DNA of 64,000 nt. Source: Octopus vulgaris. Lineage: Eukaryota. The notes beneath the pieces are model-generated. The model ran no database searches. It saw only the letters and a list, made by a program, of their open reading frames with translations, and was not told the DNA's origin. Both the position numbers and the translations under genes were made by a program. Shown here in pieces: positions 1-14,045 of the stretch (its first letter is position 1; each line of letters begins with the position of its first letter). The stretch is from contig OX597840.1 in the NCBI GenBank assembly GCA_951406725.2, positions 31,682,001-31,746,000 of the forward strand, given 5' to 3'.

Positions 1-227
1 TTCTTTTTCAGCTCTACAACAATGTCCAACAAACTGGACTCTCCTACCTTTCACAAGAGATGACACAGGTGGTAGTTTCCCATATATTTGCATTTTGGTT
101 GGATGGCGCCTCCACGAGAGATTTTGAGCTCTCATAAGGAGGCGAGTATAGGTTCCATCCAACTGCCTCTCGAAGAGTGTGCGCCCTCTGGTATTGCGAG
201 CAGATGGCTTCCAGAGGAGAAGATTAG

Positions 228-438
228 AAATACAGGTACAACAGAAACAGGAAGTAAGAGTGAGAGAAAGTTGTGGTGAAAGAGTACAGCAGGGATCACC
301 ACCATCCCCTGCCGGAGCCTCGTGGAGCTTTTAGGTGTTTTCGCTCAATAAACACTCACAACGCCCGGTCTGAGAATCGAAACCGCGATCCTATGACCGC
401 GAGTCCGCTGCCCTAACCACTGGGCCATTGCGCCTCCA
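228..438 (-). mobile_element. SINE-A (tRNA-Arg-like head), 3'-truncated copy
   Basis: Reverse complement reads GGAGGCGCAATGGCCCAGTGGTTAGGGCAGCGGACTCGCGGTC...GTTTCGATTC (Pol III A/B boxes). It matches about 10 other copies in the window. Confidence 0.9.
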
Positions 439-630
439 TCACAGCTGTTATACTAATACAGTATCAACTGATAATAGATCTATGAGGAAGAAGTGAACCA
501 GCGAAGAAAACAGGATAGTGATATTGAACCTAAAAGAAGGGGCTATAGAAAACGGATGTCAACACTTTAGGTAGAGAAGGGTAAGTTTGAAGTGACTGAG
601 CAGAGATTAGTAGATCAAGCTAATGGTATT

Positions 631-1107
631 GAGCTGGCAGAAACGTTAGCACGCCGGGCGAAATGCGTAGCCGTATTTCGTCTGCGTTACGTTGTGAGTT
701 CAAATTCCGCCGAGGTCGACTTTGCCTTTCATCCTTTCGGGGTCGATAAATTAAGTATCAGTTACGCACTGGGGTCGATGTAATTGACTTAATACCTATG
801 TCTGTCCTTGTTTGTCCCCTCTGTGTTTAGCCCCTTGTGGGTAATAAAGAAATAGGTATTTCGTCTGTCTTTATGTTCTGAGTTCAAATTCCGCCGAGGT
901 TGACTTTGCCTTTCATCCTTTCGGAGTCGATAAATTAAGTACCAGTTACGCACTGGGGTCGATAAATTAAGTACCAGTTACGCACTGGGGTCGATAAATT
1001 AAGTACCAGTTACGCACTGGGGTCGATGTAATCGACTTAATACCTATGTATGTCCTTGTTTGTCCTCTCTGTGTTTAACCCCTTGTGGGTAGTAAAGAAA
1101 TAGGTAT
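631..1107 (+). mobile_element. SINE-M (tRNA-derived, Meta-domain-like) with internal tandem duplications
   Basis: GAGCTGGCAGAAACGTTAG...GAGTTCAAATTCC head, then GACTTTGCCTTTCATCCTTTCGGGGTCGATAAATTAAGTACCAG domain. The body is repeated, and a 33-bp unit occurs three times. Confidence 0.85.
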
Positions 1108-1869
1108 TAGAAGAAAGTGGATGGCAGAATTGGCGGTAGAAGAAATCACAAGAGAACTGGAAAAGAAAGACCAGGAAGTGGGAAAGGCAAACACCAACAT
1201 AAGAGACACAGCTCGAACCATAGAAGAACCTAAAGAAAAAAATAATGATAATAGCGCTACCAATAAGGAAGAGACAACTGGCACCAGCGACTTTAGTGAT
1301 TTAAGTTCTTCACTTCTTTTATACTTTTATATTGCTTCTTTTATACTGTAATCCTTTTATGCATGTTTCGCTCTATCTCATCCCATTTCGTTTCCGTTTA
1401 TTGTAAGATATTCGCCTTTAGTTCGTTAATCTGCCGGATCTCTTTTATTTTTTTTGTTAGATATTCGAGTTTAGTTCGTTAATTTCTCGGGTCTTTTTTT
1501 TTTTTTTGCAACATATTCACTTTTAATTCGTTAATATCCCGGATCAGCGGATCATCTTAAATTTACTTTCTGACAGTCGGTTGTTGTTACTGTTCAGTGA
1601 GTACACTTACTCTTTTACTTTTTGTTGTGGAAGGATTCCGACCACCCCACAAGTGAATAAAGGTAGACCGACTCATTGTTATAAATTAAAGAACTGTTAG
1701 CGAGTGACAGTTCGTGTTGGCAGCAGTTCACTGCGAGCCTTTGATATAGATCATTGAGCCTTGTGTAAGGGTAATAGTAGTGCATTGTGTATATACTTTC
1801 TTCCCCCATTCTTCGTTTATACTACATCAGAAGGTTTTAGATGAGTTGCAGGAAGTAGTGAGTAAAAGA

Positions 1870-2356
1870 GTAAGGAAAAAGATTGACGGTATTAAAAGGC
1901 ACCAACAGAAGGAAGCTGCTAGAAATGACTAGGAAAGTAGATTCTGTTGTCAGTAGGATAGATACTAAAAATATAAGAGACACTAATTTACTGATATATG
2001 CAGATGCAGGCGGGGCAGTAGTCACCAGAAGATTAGATATCCGACAAGGAATGATTAAAAAAGAGCAAAAGTCGAAAAGAAGACTACAAAATAAAGTGAA
2101 GCCTTTAAGACACGATCTGAGTAGAACAGAAGACTGTAAATTGAACGAGTTAGGAAACACAAGATGCAAATCTTGCTTTCAGAAAAGAAACTTAATCAAA
2201 GATAAAGGATTTGGGACAGTAATCGAAGAGTTGAAACACCATATCATAGCAGTCGCGGGCAAGCTCTCCAGATATCAGAAAAGAATAGATCTGTATCAAC
2301 AGAATAGATTATTTGAGAGAGACCAGAGGAGATTTTATAACCAAATAAATACATGA
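1870..2356 (+). pseudogene. R4/Dong-type (RLE) non-LTR retrotransposon fragment, region N-terminal to RT
   Basis: ORF 1883-2356 contains TNLLIYA...VV, KRRLQNKVKPLRHDLSR and IEELKHHIIAVAGKLSRYQKRIDLYQQNRLFERDQRRFY, typical of R4/Dong ORFs. It is truncated. Confidence 0.75.
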
Positions 2357-2665
2357 CAGGATTCTTCCAGTTTCCGTGGACCAAATCCACTCAGGATGCT
2401 TTGGTTTGCCGGAGGTTATAGTAGAAGCCTCACCAAAGTAGACTCATCGAATGTGACACGCTCTGGCATTGAACTCGGGTTCAGGTGGTTGGGAAGCAAA
2501 CTTCTTACCGCACAGCTAGGCCCCGTGCCTGAGTGTGTGTGTGTGGGTGTCTGAGTGCGTGTGTGTTTGTATGTGTGTCTGAGGGATAGTGTGTGTTTGT
2601 GTGTGTGAATATATGTCTATGAGTGTATGTGTATATTGGTTTGTGTGTACCTGTATCGTAAATAC

Positions 2666-3034
2666 CCAGTGGTTAGGGCAGCGGACTCGCGGTCGTAGGA
2701 TCGCGGTTTCGATTCCCAGACCGGGCGTTGTGATTGTTTATTGAGCGAAAACACCTAAAGGCTCCACGAGACTCCGGCAGGGGATGGTGGTGATCCCTGC
2801 TGTACTCTTTCACCACAACTTTCTCTCACTCTTACTTCCTGTTTCTGTGGTACCTGTATTTCAAAGGGCCGGCTTTGCCACTCTCTGTGTCACGCTGAAT
2901 ATCCCCGAGAACTACGTTAAGGGTACACGTGTCTGTGGAGTGCTCAGCCACTTACACGTTAATTTCACGAGCAGGCTGTTCCGTTGATTCGGATCAACAG
3001 GAACCCTCATCGTCGTAACCGACGGAGTGCTTCC
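2666..3034 (+). mobile_element. SINE-A (5'-clipped)
   Basis: Matches the SINE-A consensus through the tail ...GTCGTAACCGACGGAGTGCTTCC. Confidence 0.9.
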
Positions 3035-3458
3035 CACCCAGTCGCGGGCAAGCTCTCCAGATATCAGAAAAGAATAGATCAGTATCAACAGAATAGATTA
3101 TTTGAGAGAGACCAGAGGAGATTTTATAACCAAATAAATACATGACAGGATTCTTACAGTTTCCGTGAACCAAATCCACTAAGGACCCTTTGGTTTGCCG
3201 GAGGCTATAGTAGAAGCCTCACCAAAGCAGACTCATCGAATGTGCCACGCTCTGGGACTGAACTCGGGGTCATGTGGTTGGGAAGCAAACTTCTTACCGC
3301 ACACCTAGGCCCCGTGCCTGAGTGTGTGTGTGTGTGGGGGGTCTGAGTGCGTGTGTGTTTGTATGTGTGTCTGAGGGATAGTGTTTGTTTGTGTGTGTGA
3401 ATATATGTCTGTATGAGTGTGTGTGTATATTGGTTTGTGTGTACCTGTATCGTAAATA

Positions 3459-3830
3459 CCCAGTGGTTAGGGCAAAGGACTCGCGGTCGTAGGATCGCGG
3501 TTTCGATTCCCAGACCGGGCGTTGTGAGTGTTTATTGAGCGAAAACACCTAAAAGCTCCACGAGGCTCCGGCAGGGGGTGGTGGTGATCCCTGCTGTACT
3601 CTTTCGCCACAACTTTCTCTCACTCTTACTTCCTGTTTCTGTTGTACCTGTATTTCAAAGGGCCGGCCTTGTCACTCTCTGTGTCACGCTGAATATCCCC
3701 GAGAACTACGTTAAGGGTACACGTGTCTGTGGAGTGCTCAGCCACTTACACGTTAATTTCACGAGCAGGCTGTTCCGTTGATTCGGATCAACCGGAACCC
3801 TCGTCGTCGTAACCGACGGAGTGCTTCCAT
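3459..3830 (+). mobile_element. SINE-A (5'-clipped, duplicate)
   Basis: Second copy within the 789-bp duplication. Confidence 0.9.
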
Positions 3831-4249
3831 CCATCGTAATTAGAAGCTTAATCAAACACTGTGATGGACCAATTTCATGTGCTAATTAAGTGTTCAATAA
3901 TAACATAACCAATATTGCTTGCGAATGTATTCGCACTGAAGCTGCATTAAGACAATACAATACACCCCCGTATCTGAATGTGTTTGTTTGTGCATGAATA
4001 TGTGTGTTTGTATGTATATTTTACATTGGTGCATATAAGCTGACGCACAAACCTATATATGTATGCAGAAATTCAGAAATAATTTTACGTACGCTCACAG
4101 AAACATACGCAGCCATCTTCACCGAAGTGAAGATATTCAGGCCGTCTTTAGAAATGTTCCTTGTAATGCAGAACCATCTGCTTTGGTAATAGTCTTTCTG
4201 AAGAGAAAATATGAATGATATATTATACAGCTGTACGTATATACGTTCG

Positions 4250-5730
<1,481 letters not shown>

Positions 5731-6116
5731 TTTGTAAGATATTTGTTGTTTTTTTTTCTTTAATTTCTGCAATTTCAACCAATCAAATACGTCCTTAACT
5801 TTTTTTTCTGTGAAAATGTAAATGGTTTTTCCCAAAGTACAAATAGGTTGTCAGACGAATTGAGAAAAAAATTAAAATATATTTTTCCTGAAGTTCCGTC
5901 CGATAAATTCGAATACAAGAGAACGACATACCAACATTTTAACAAAAACGAACTGTACCGTTCGCAGAGTCAGAACAGATAAACCTAGAGTTAGAGAGAC
6001 TAGAAAAAATTGGAGTTATCCAAAACATGGAATATTCTAAATGGGAAGCACCAAATATGGACATTAAGAAAAAGAATAAATATTAGGCGTTACTCTCCCG
6101 TTTTTGAACCTACATT

Positions 6117-6707
6117 ACTCTTTTACACTTTTACTTGTTTCAGTCATTTGACTGCGGCCATGCTGGAGCACCGCCTTTAGTCGAGCAAATCGACCCCGGG
6201 ACTTATTCTATGTAAGCCCAGTACTTATTCTATCGGTCTCCTTTGCCGAACCGCTAAGTGACGGGGACGTAAACACACCAGCATCTGTTGTCAAGCAATG
6301 CTAGGGGGACAAACACAGACACACAAATGCACACACACACATACATATATATATATACATATATACGACGGGCTTCTTTCAGTTTCCATCTACCAAATCC
6401 ACTCACAAGGCATTGGTCGGCCCGGTCTATAGCAGAAGACACTTGCCCAAGATGCCACGCAGTGGGACTGAACCCGGAACCATGTGGTTGGTTAGCAATC
6501 TACTTACAACACAGCCACTGCTGCCCCTATATATATATATATACGACTGGCTTCTTTCAATTTCCGTCTACCAAATCCACTCACAAGGCTCTGGTCAGCC
6601 TGAGGCTATAGCAGAAGACACTTGCCCAAGATGCCACGCAGTGGGACTGAACCCGGAACCATGTGGTTGGTTAGCAAGCTACTTACCACACAGCCACTCC
6701 TGCGCCT
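6117..6707 (-). mobile_element. SINE-C (CORE-type tRNA SINE), full copy plus an extra head
   Basis: Head GGCGCAGGAGTGGCTGTGTGG...GGTTCAGTCCC, CORE-like GCGTGGCATCTTGGGCAAGTGTCTT, internal (TA)n(TG)n, and tail (AAAAGAGT)n. Confidence 0.9.
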
Positions 6708-6770
6708 ATATATATATATACATATATACATACATACATTTATACATATACATATATACATATATATATA

Positions 6771-6801
<31 letters not shown>

Positions 6802-6844
6802 GTTACGAAAGAAGGTTTGAAAATGCAATTTAAAAGATGTTTAT

Positions 6845-6889
6845 TTACTTAACCGGTTTCACTCTTTGGTAAAAGATTGTCAAAAGTAA
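6845..6889 (-). ncRNA. Type I hammerhead ribozyme H1 (U3:A8 core), inverted copy
   Basis: Reverse complement of 7251-7295. Confidence 0.75.
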
Positions 6890-7250
6890 CATTGAATATT
6901 ATGGGTTCAAAAAAGTTTTTTACATAATTGTCACATTGAATATTATGAATTCAAAACTGTTTTTTATACATAATTGTCACATTACATGTATAAATATAGT
7001 GTTTGGTAACAGAGATATGTTAAGGGCATAAAGAAGTTCAATAGTGTGATGAGAATATTTGGAAAAATTGGCAGAAAAGAATAATTCTCATCACACTATT
7101 GAACTTCTTTATGCCCTTAACATATCTCTGTTACCAAACACTATATTTATACATGTAATGTCACAATTATGTATAAAAAAACATTTTTGAATTCATAATA
7201 TTCAATGTGACAATTATGTAAAAAACTTTTTGAACCCATAATATTCAATG

Positions 7251-7295
7251 TTACTTTTGACAATCTTTTACCAAAGAGTGAAACCGGTTAAGTAA
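7251..7295 (+). ncRNA. Type I hammerhead ribozyme H1 (U3:A8 core)
   Basis: UUACUU-UUGACAA-U CUUUU ACCA AAGAG U-GAAA-CCGG-UU-AAGUAA. Stem I is UUACUU/AAGUAA, stem III is palindromic ACCGGU, and the site is GUU. Confidence 0.75.
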
Positions 7296-7371
7296 ATAAA
7301 CATCTTTTAAATTGCATTTTCAAACCTTCTTTCGTATATAATTCCACTCGTGCGATACCCCACAACTCAAC

Positions 7372-7421
<50 letters not shown>

Positions 7422-7768
7422 TACGACGGACTTCTTTCAGTTTCCATCTACCAAATCCACTCGCAAGGCATTGGTCGGCCCGGGGCTATAGCAGAAGACA
7501 CTTGCCCAAGATGCCACGCAGTGGGATGAACCCGGAACCATGTGGTTGGTTAGCAAGCTACTTACCACACAGCCACTCCTGCGCCCATTTATATATACAC
7601 ATACATACATTCGATGGGCTTCTTTCAGTTTCCATCTACCAAATCCACTCACAAGGCATTGGTCGGCCCGGGGCTATAGCAGAAGACACTTGCCCAAGAT
7701 GCCACGCAGTGGGATGAACCCGGAACCATGTGGTTGGTTAGCAAGCTACTTACCACAGAGCCACTCCT
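7422..7768 (-). mobile_element. Two tandem SINE-C heads
   Basis: Two ~165-bp copies sharing the variant GTGGGATGAACCC. Confidence 0.85.
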
Positions 7769-8039
7769 TTTTTCCTACTGAACCAAATTTCGATTATCTT
7801 ATGTTAGAAAGTAGCTTGCTACTGGTTGGTCATAATGCAAAGAACCGAATTAAGATTGAACTAAACCTGAATTAGTGGCAAAGCGTCAAATTGGCCGCGA
7901 GTGAGTAAAAGTTGACCTGAAGAATATTATTCACACACTACCGTTTGAGAATGATTTCTGTATATACTTGCACGAACGTACGTGAATATGTTAAGTGCGT
8001 GTGAAAACCCTGTAAAGGAAATGACATGGTTATATACGT

Positions 8040-8135
8040 GTTTATATTCGTCTACATGTGTGTATGGTATGGGTATATATTGTATGTACACACACGCACA
8101 CACGCACAGATACGCTCATACACAAAGACACACAT

Positions 8136-8180
<45 letters not shown>

Positions 8181-8543
8181 ATGTATACACGCATACATAT
8201 ATGTTGCATGTATGTATATATATATATATGTATGTATTTATATACGTATATATACATTTGTAAGTGTGTGTGTGTGTGTGTTAGTGCGTGTGTATGTATT
8301 TATAAATATATCTGTATATACATATATAGCATGTACATGTTTCTATCTCTCTCTCACTCTATATATATATCTACGTATATATATATATGTATGTATGTAT
8401 ATATATGTATATGTGCATGTATATATATATGTATGTATATATATATCTGTATGTGTATATGTTTGTATATAAATATATATGTATGTATGTATGTATATAT
8501 ATATGCATGTATCTATGTATGTATATATATATATGTATGTAGG

Positions 8544-8593
<50 letters not shown>

Positions 8594-8601
8594 CATGGTG
8601 A

Positions 8602-8635
<34 letters not shown>

Positions 8636-9203
8636 GATGATGATAATAGTGGTGATGATGATGATGATGGTGATGATGATGTTGATGGTGATGATGATGT
8701 TGATGATGATGATGAGGATGATGATGATGGTGATGATGATGATGATGATGATGGTGATGATGATGTTGATGATGATGATGATGATATATGTATATATATA
8801 TATATGTATGTATGTATATATCTATATATATGTATGCAGGTATATATATATATATGTATGCATGTATATATATATATGTATGCATGTATATATATATATG
8901 TATGTATCTATGTATATATATGTATGTATGCATATATATATGTATGTATTTATATATATATATATGTATGTACGTATATATACATATATATATATGTATA
9001 TATATGTATGTATATATGTGCATACAAACATATACATACATAAAGGCACAATGTGCATTGTTTAAACACTTTCCATTGACGTAGGATGCATTATCAATGA
9101 TGGGATTGGTGGGTGTTGTCTGGACATTTCGGCAACGATAGACCCACTTAGGCCCATACTTACACACATACATACATGCATACATACACATACAAACTCA
9201 CGC

Positions 9204-9243
<40 letters not shown>

Positions 9244-9300
9244 CACATACATTCCACACAAACACAAACATCACATATTATCCCACCCACATATACGTAC
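8040..9300. repeat. (TA)/(TATG)/(GAT)/(CA) microsatellite block
   Basis: Directly visible. Confidence 0.95.
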
Positions 9301-9430
9301 GTACGTACGTAGCGAAACGGATCTAAGAAACGGAGGCGCCAATTAAAATCGAAGGTTTCTCGTTGACTGGGGGAGATAGGTGGGTTGATATTTACATAGG
9401 TACCTTGATTAGGATGGTGCTGTCGATAAC

Positions 9431-9431
9431 A

Positions 9432-9482
<51 letters not shown>

Positions 9483-9570
9483 GTGATGAGAACGGCGAGG
9501 ATAACGGCAACGACGGCGATGATGATGACGATGGCGAGGACGACGACGATGACGATGATAATGGTGGTGG

Positions 9571-9611
<41 letters not shown>

Positions 9612-9615
9612 GTGG

Positions 9616-9701
<86 letters not shown>

Positions 9702-9720
9702 GTGGTGGTGATGATGATGG

Positions 9721-9769
<49 letters not shown>

Positions 9770-9908
9770 AATGATGATGGTGATGATGATGTTGATAATG
9801 ATGATGATGTCGATGAGAATGTGATGATGGCGATGGCGATGATGATGATGATGATGATGATGATGGTTGTGGTGATGATGATGTTGATGATGATGGTGAT
9901 GATGATGT

Positions 9909-9949
<41 letters not shown>

Positions 9950-9983
9950 GTGATGATAATGTTGATGATGATGATGATGATGT

Positions 9984-10016
<33 letters not shown>

Positions 10017-10076
10017 CGATGATGATGATGATGGTGATGATGATGGTTGTGGTGATGATGATGTTGATGATGATGG

Positions 10077-10117
<41 letters not shown>

Positions 10118-10265
10118 GTGATGATGATGTTGATGATGATGATGGTGATGATGATGATGATGATGATGGTGAAGATGATGATGATGTTGATGAGAATGTG
10201 ATGACGGCGATGATGATGGCGATGGCGAAGACGACGATGACGATGAAAATGGTGGTGGAGGTGGC

Positions 10266-10317
<52 letters not shown>

Positions 10318-10318
10318 T

Positions 10319-10353
<35 letters not shown>

Positions 10354-10557
10354 GTGGTGATGATGATGTTGATGATGATGGTGATGATGTTGATGATGGT
10401 GATGATGATGTCGATGAGAATGTGATGATGGCGATGGCGAAGACGACGATGACGATGATAATGGTGGTGTAGGTGGCGATGATGATGATGATGATGATGT
10501 TGATGAGAATGTGATGACGGCGATGATGATGGCGATGTCGAAGACGACGATGACGGC

Positions 10558-10601
<44 letters not shown>

Positions 10602-10695
10602 GGATGATGATGAGGATGATGATGATGTTGGTGATGATGATGATGATGGTGATGGTGATGTTGATGATGGTGATGATGGTGATGATGATGATGAT

Positions 10696-10726
<31 letters not shown>

Positions 10727-10852
10727 ATGATGGTGATGATGGTGATGATAATGATGATGGTGATGATGATGATGATGATGGTGATGATGGTGATGATGAT
10801 GATGATGATGATGGTGATGATGGTGATGATGATGATGATGTTGGCGATGATG
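9431..10852. repeat. 1.4-kb (GAT)n trinucleotide array with GGT/GTT/GAC interruptions and higher-order units
   Basis: GATGAGAATGTGATGAYGGCGATG recurs near 9812, 10188, 10413 and 10502. Confidence 0.95.
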
Positions 10853-10992
10853 AAGTGGAGGACGAGGATGTTGCGTTGTTAACCGTCTATCCATCCCGAA
10901 AACGGAAACACCTCAATCAATTCTACTTTTTTTTCTTTTTCCGTTTTTCTGTACACTTATGTCTATATTTCTCCGAGTTTGCATAGATATGT

Positions 10993-11106
<114 letters not shown>

Positions 11107-11252
11107 GTGCTGTAACAGAAAATGCGGAAAATGATGTTTGTCTGCGTAGGCAAAACTTGTGTTAATTGTTAAAATTGTTAGGCAGTAAATGATGAACTTG
11201 CTGCAAGGAGTGGTGAATGCGATGTTTCGCACAATCTGCCCTTTCATGTGGA

Positions 11253-11309
11253 TGCAAGCACTCCGTCGGTTACGACGACGAGGGTTCCAGTTGATCCGAT
11301 CAACGGAAC
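11253..11309 (-). mobile_element. SINE-A 3' tail fragment
   Basis: AAGCACTCCGTCGGTTACGACGACGAGGGTTCCAGTTGATCCGATCAACGGAACA. Confidence 0.85.
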
Positions 11310-11587
11310 ATGGTGGACCCTCTCTTATATTTGTGTATTAATATTTACTGAATCTCAGTTTTTAATATCCAATTTTTCACCCTTATTTTGAATTATAAAT
11401 TAATATGTTTTCAAACCGGTACTAACTACTGCATTAAATTATTTATGCAGTATTTGTTTCCGGGATTTTTCGGCGCGCTAGAACGAGGACATTCGAACAT
11501 AACTGCGAATATAATAGGCTGAAGTACACGTGTGTTTGACTTAGTGTTAAAATCTGGCGTGCAGTTCAACAAATTATAGTCATGACG

Positions 11588-11666
11588 AATCCTACTGATG
11601 AGCTGTGGATTTATTGTGTAAGTAAAATTGCATAATTTATTAACAGTGAAATAATTGTCTAGGGTT
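11588..11666 (+). ncRNA. Type I hammerhead ribozyme H2 (canonical core, long stem II)
   Basis: AAUCCUA-CUGAUGA-GCUGU..AUUGUGUAA GUAAAA UUGCAUAAU..ACAGU-GAAA-UAAUUG-UC-UAGGGUU. Confidence 0.82.
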
Positions 11667-12198
11667 GATCTACATTTTTGTTATTTTTCATTTGTCCTGC
11701 TCGCTTACGTTCATAGTTGTGCTAATTTTCCTTGAGAACAATTCTTGGTGGTTGAGACCATTGCGGATCTATTTTTAGCGCGAGAGCATCCACATAGAGA
11801 GAGAGAGAGAGAGAGAGAGATCGCTAAGGGGACAGTGGGTGCAAAGTGGTACCTGCATTGCTACAAATATGATTCAAAACAGCTCCTTAACCACAAAAGC
11901 ACCATGTTAATACGTTGACAAAGAAAGCAAAGCTCCTTACAGTAGCCTTATCACCTTAGGATTAACCTCAACTCGCTTCCTCATATTATAACAAATCGTT
12001 GTAAATATGTGATGATTTCAAAAACGGTAGAAGCGTATACTGTAAATAATGTGGGTGGCTTCCTGGCAATTCTCTGGCTAACGAGTCGTTTTGGCTCAAA
12101 TTTATAGCAATGCTTGCTTCATTTTGCACTCCATGTCACTTTAGTGACGTCTATAAATTTGCCTTTACATTATAAATTGCTAATAAACCACCTACATT

Positions 12199-12199
<1 letters not shown>

Positions 12200-12236
<37 letters not shown>

Positions 12237-12412
12237 TTATATATATATATATATATGTAAATCTATGTAATATATATATGTGTGTGGGTGGGTGCATTTA
12301 TTGAATCTTATACACCTCGCTTGGATATTTATCATTTTGAAGGTTCCACTCGCTATGATACACATGTAACCCGGATCTTTTCTATTCTATTCCTTAACAC
12401 ATGTGTGTGTGG

Positions 12413-12482
<70 letters not shown>

Positions 12483-12891
12483 GTATATATATGTATATAT
12501 CTCTATATATGTATATTTATATACAAACCTTGTATGTATATATCTGGTAGCTATCTACATTATATATACGCACACACGTACATACACACGCATAAGTACA
12601 CACACACACACACACGAGGACAAACACATACACATACACACACACACATGTATATCTATATATATATTCATATACGTGTGTTTATGTATGTATGCAAATG
12701 TCCGTCTATTTATATATAAAAACAATTTAATTCAAAGCTGAGCGTTATGAAGTATATCTTGGTAGATTACATAATTTTTATAAAGAAGCTTCGAAGTCAC
12801 TTCCAAAAGTTTCGCATACGCACAAATTGATATAATTGCATATTGTAACTAAAACTGGCACTGCATCGGTTACAATAAAGTGGGTTCCAGT

Positions 12892-12967
<76 letters not shown>

Positions 12968-13126
12968 AATCTATGTAATATATATATATGTGTGTGGGTG
13001 GGTACATTTATTGAATCTTATACACCTCGCTTGGATATTTATCATTTTGAAGGTTCCACTCGCTATGATACACATGTAACCCGGATCTTTTCTATTCTAT
13101 TCCTTAACACATGTGTGTGTGTGGTG

Positions 13127-13193
<67 letters not shown>

Positions 13194-13604
13194 GTATATA
13201 TATGTATATATCTCTATATATGTATATTTATATACAAACCTTGTATGTATATATCTGGTAGCTATCTACATTATATATACGCACACACGTACATACACAC
13301 GCATAAGTACACACACACACACACACGAGGACAAACACATACACATACACACACACACATGTATATCTATATATATATTCATATACGTGTGTTTATGTAT
13401 GTATGCAAATGTCCGTCTATTTATATATAAAAACAATTTAATTCAAAGCTGAGCGTTATGAAGTATATCTTGGTAGATTACATAATTTTTATAAAGAAGC
13501 TTCGAAGTCACTTCCAAAAGTTTCGCATACGCACAAATTGATATAATTGCATATTGTAACTAAAACTGGCACTGCATCGGTTACAATAAAGTGGGTTCCA
13601 GTTG

Positions 13605-13620
<16 letters not shown>
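12200..13620. repeat. Tandem duplication of ~710 bp
   Basis: GTAAATCTATGTAATATATATATG...GTGGGTTCCAGTTGAT occurs twice (~12254-12895 and ~12964-13606). Confidence 0.9.
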
Positions 13621-13630
<10 letters not shown>

Positions 13631-13635
<5 letters not shown>

Positions 13636-13823
13636 ATCCAAACGAGAAAGCACAAAAAAAACACAATAACGCGAGGACGTGGAACAAATATAGTATTATT
13701 GGACGCTCAGGAAAGAAGGAGGGTTTAACGTTTCGAGCGGAGCTCTTCTGCGGAAACATAGGAGAAGGAAAGATCCAGAGAAGGGAAGATAGAGGAAAAA
13801 ATCGCTAATGGTACACACGTGGT

Positions 13824-13827
<4 letters not shown>
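13631..13827 (-). mobile_element. Short Penelope-terminus-like repeat between (TA)n tracts with a degenerate hammerhead (13723-13757)
   Basis: Minus strand GUUU-CCGCAGA-AGAGC UCC GCUC-GAAA-CG-UU-AAAC. The core is damaged. Confidence 0.5.
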
Positions 13828-13873
<46 letters not shown>

Positions 13874-13965
13874 GGGCTCTAAATTAGGATGCCGAGTGCT
13901 GGGAACACAAAAGGGGGATGAATTTATCGAGAGTGAAAATCAAAAACGTTTACCGATAACTTTAA

Positions 13966-14045
13966 CAACTCGAACCGATCGGTTTCTGCTTCTTTCTAGC
14001 AAAACACAGAATATGTTTGCTAAGGCTGGCTTCGTCAGCGAGTCG
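13966..14045 (-). ncRNA. Type I hammerhead ribozyme H3
   Basis: Reverse complement of 14735-14814. Confidence 0.78.

Larger units (their letters stand above)
2252..3830. repeat. Tandem duplication, 2 x 789 bp (LINE end + SINE-C head + (GT)n + SINE-A)
   Basis: GTCGCGGGCAAGCTCTCCAGATATCAG occurs at 2252 and 3041, and all downstream components are repeated. Confidence 0.92.
6804..7336. mobile_element. 253-bp inverted-arm element in (TA)n, carrying hammerhead family H1
   Basis: Arms 6804-7056 and 7084-7336 are near-perfect reverse complements with a 27-bp spacer, flanked by (TA)n. Confidence 0.88.

Noticed and set aside
1085-1351. 88-aa charged ORF
   Set aside because: It starts within a SINE-M tail and is low-complexity purine-rich sequence without supporting motifs.
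2784-2987. Recurrent 67-aa ORF MVVIPAVLFHHNF...SRLFR as a multigene family
   Set aside because: It lies wholly inside SINE-A, so recurrence reflects SINE copy number.
9392-10894. 500-aa polyHis/Ser/Ile ORF as a real protein (also 34845-35560 and 37616-38999)
   Set aside because: Pure trinucleotide repeat, open in all frames by construction, with no domain or splice support.
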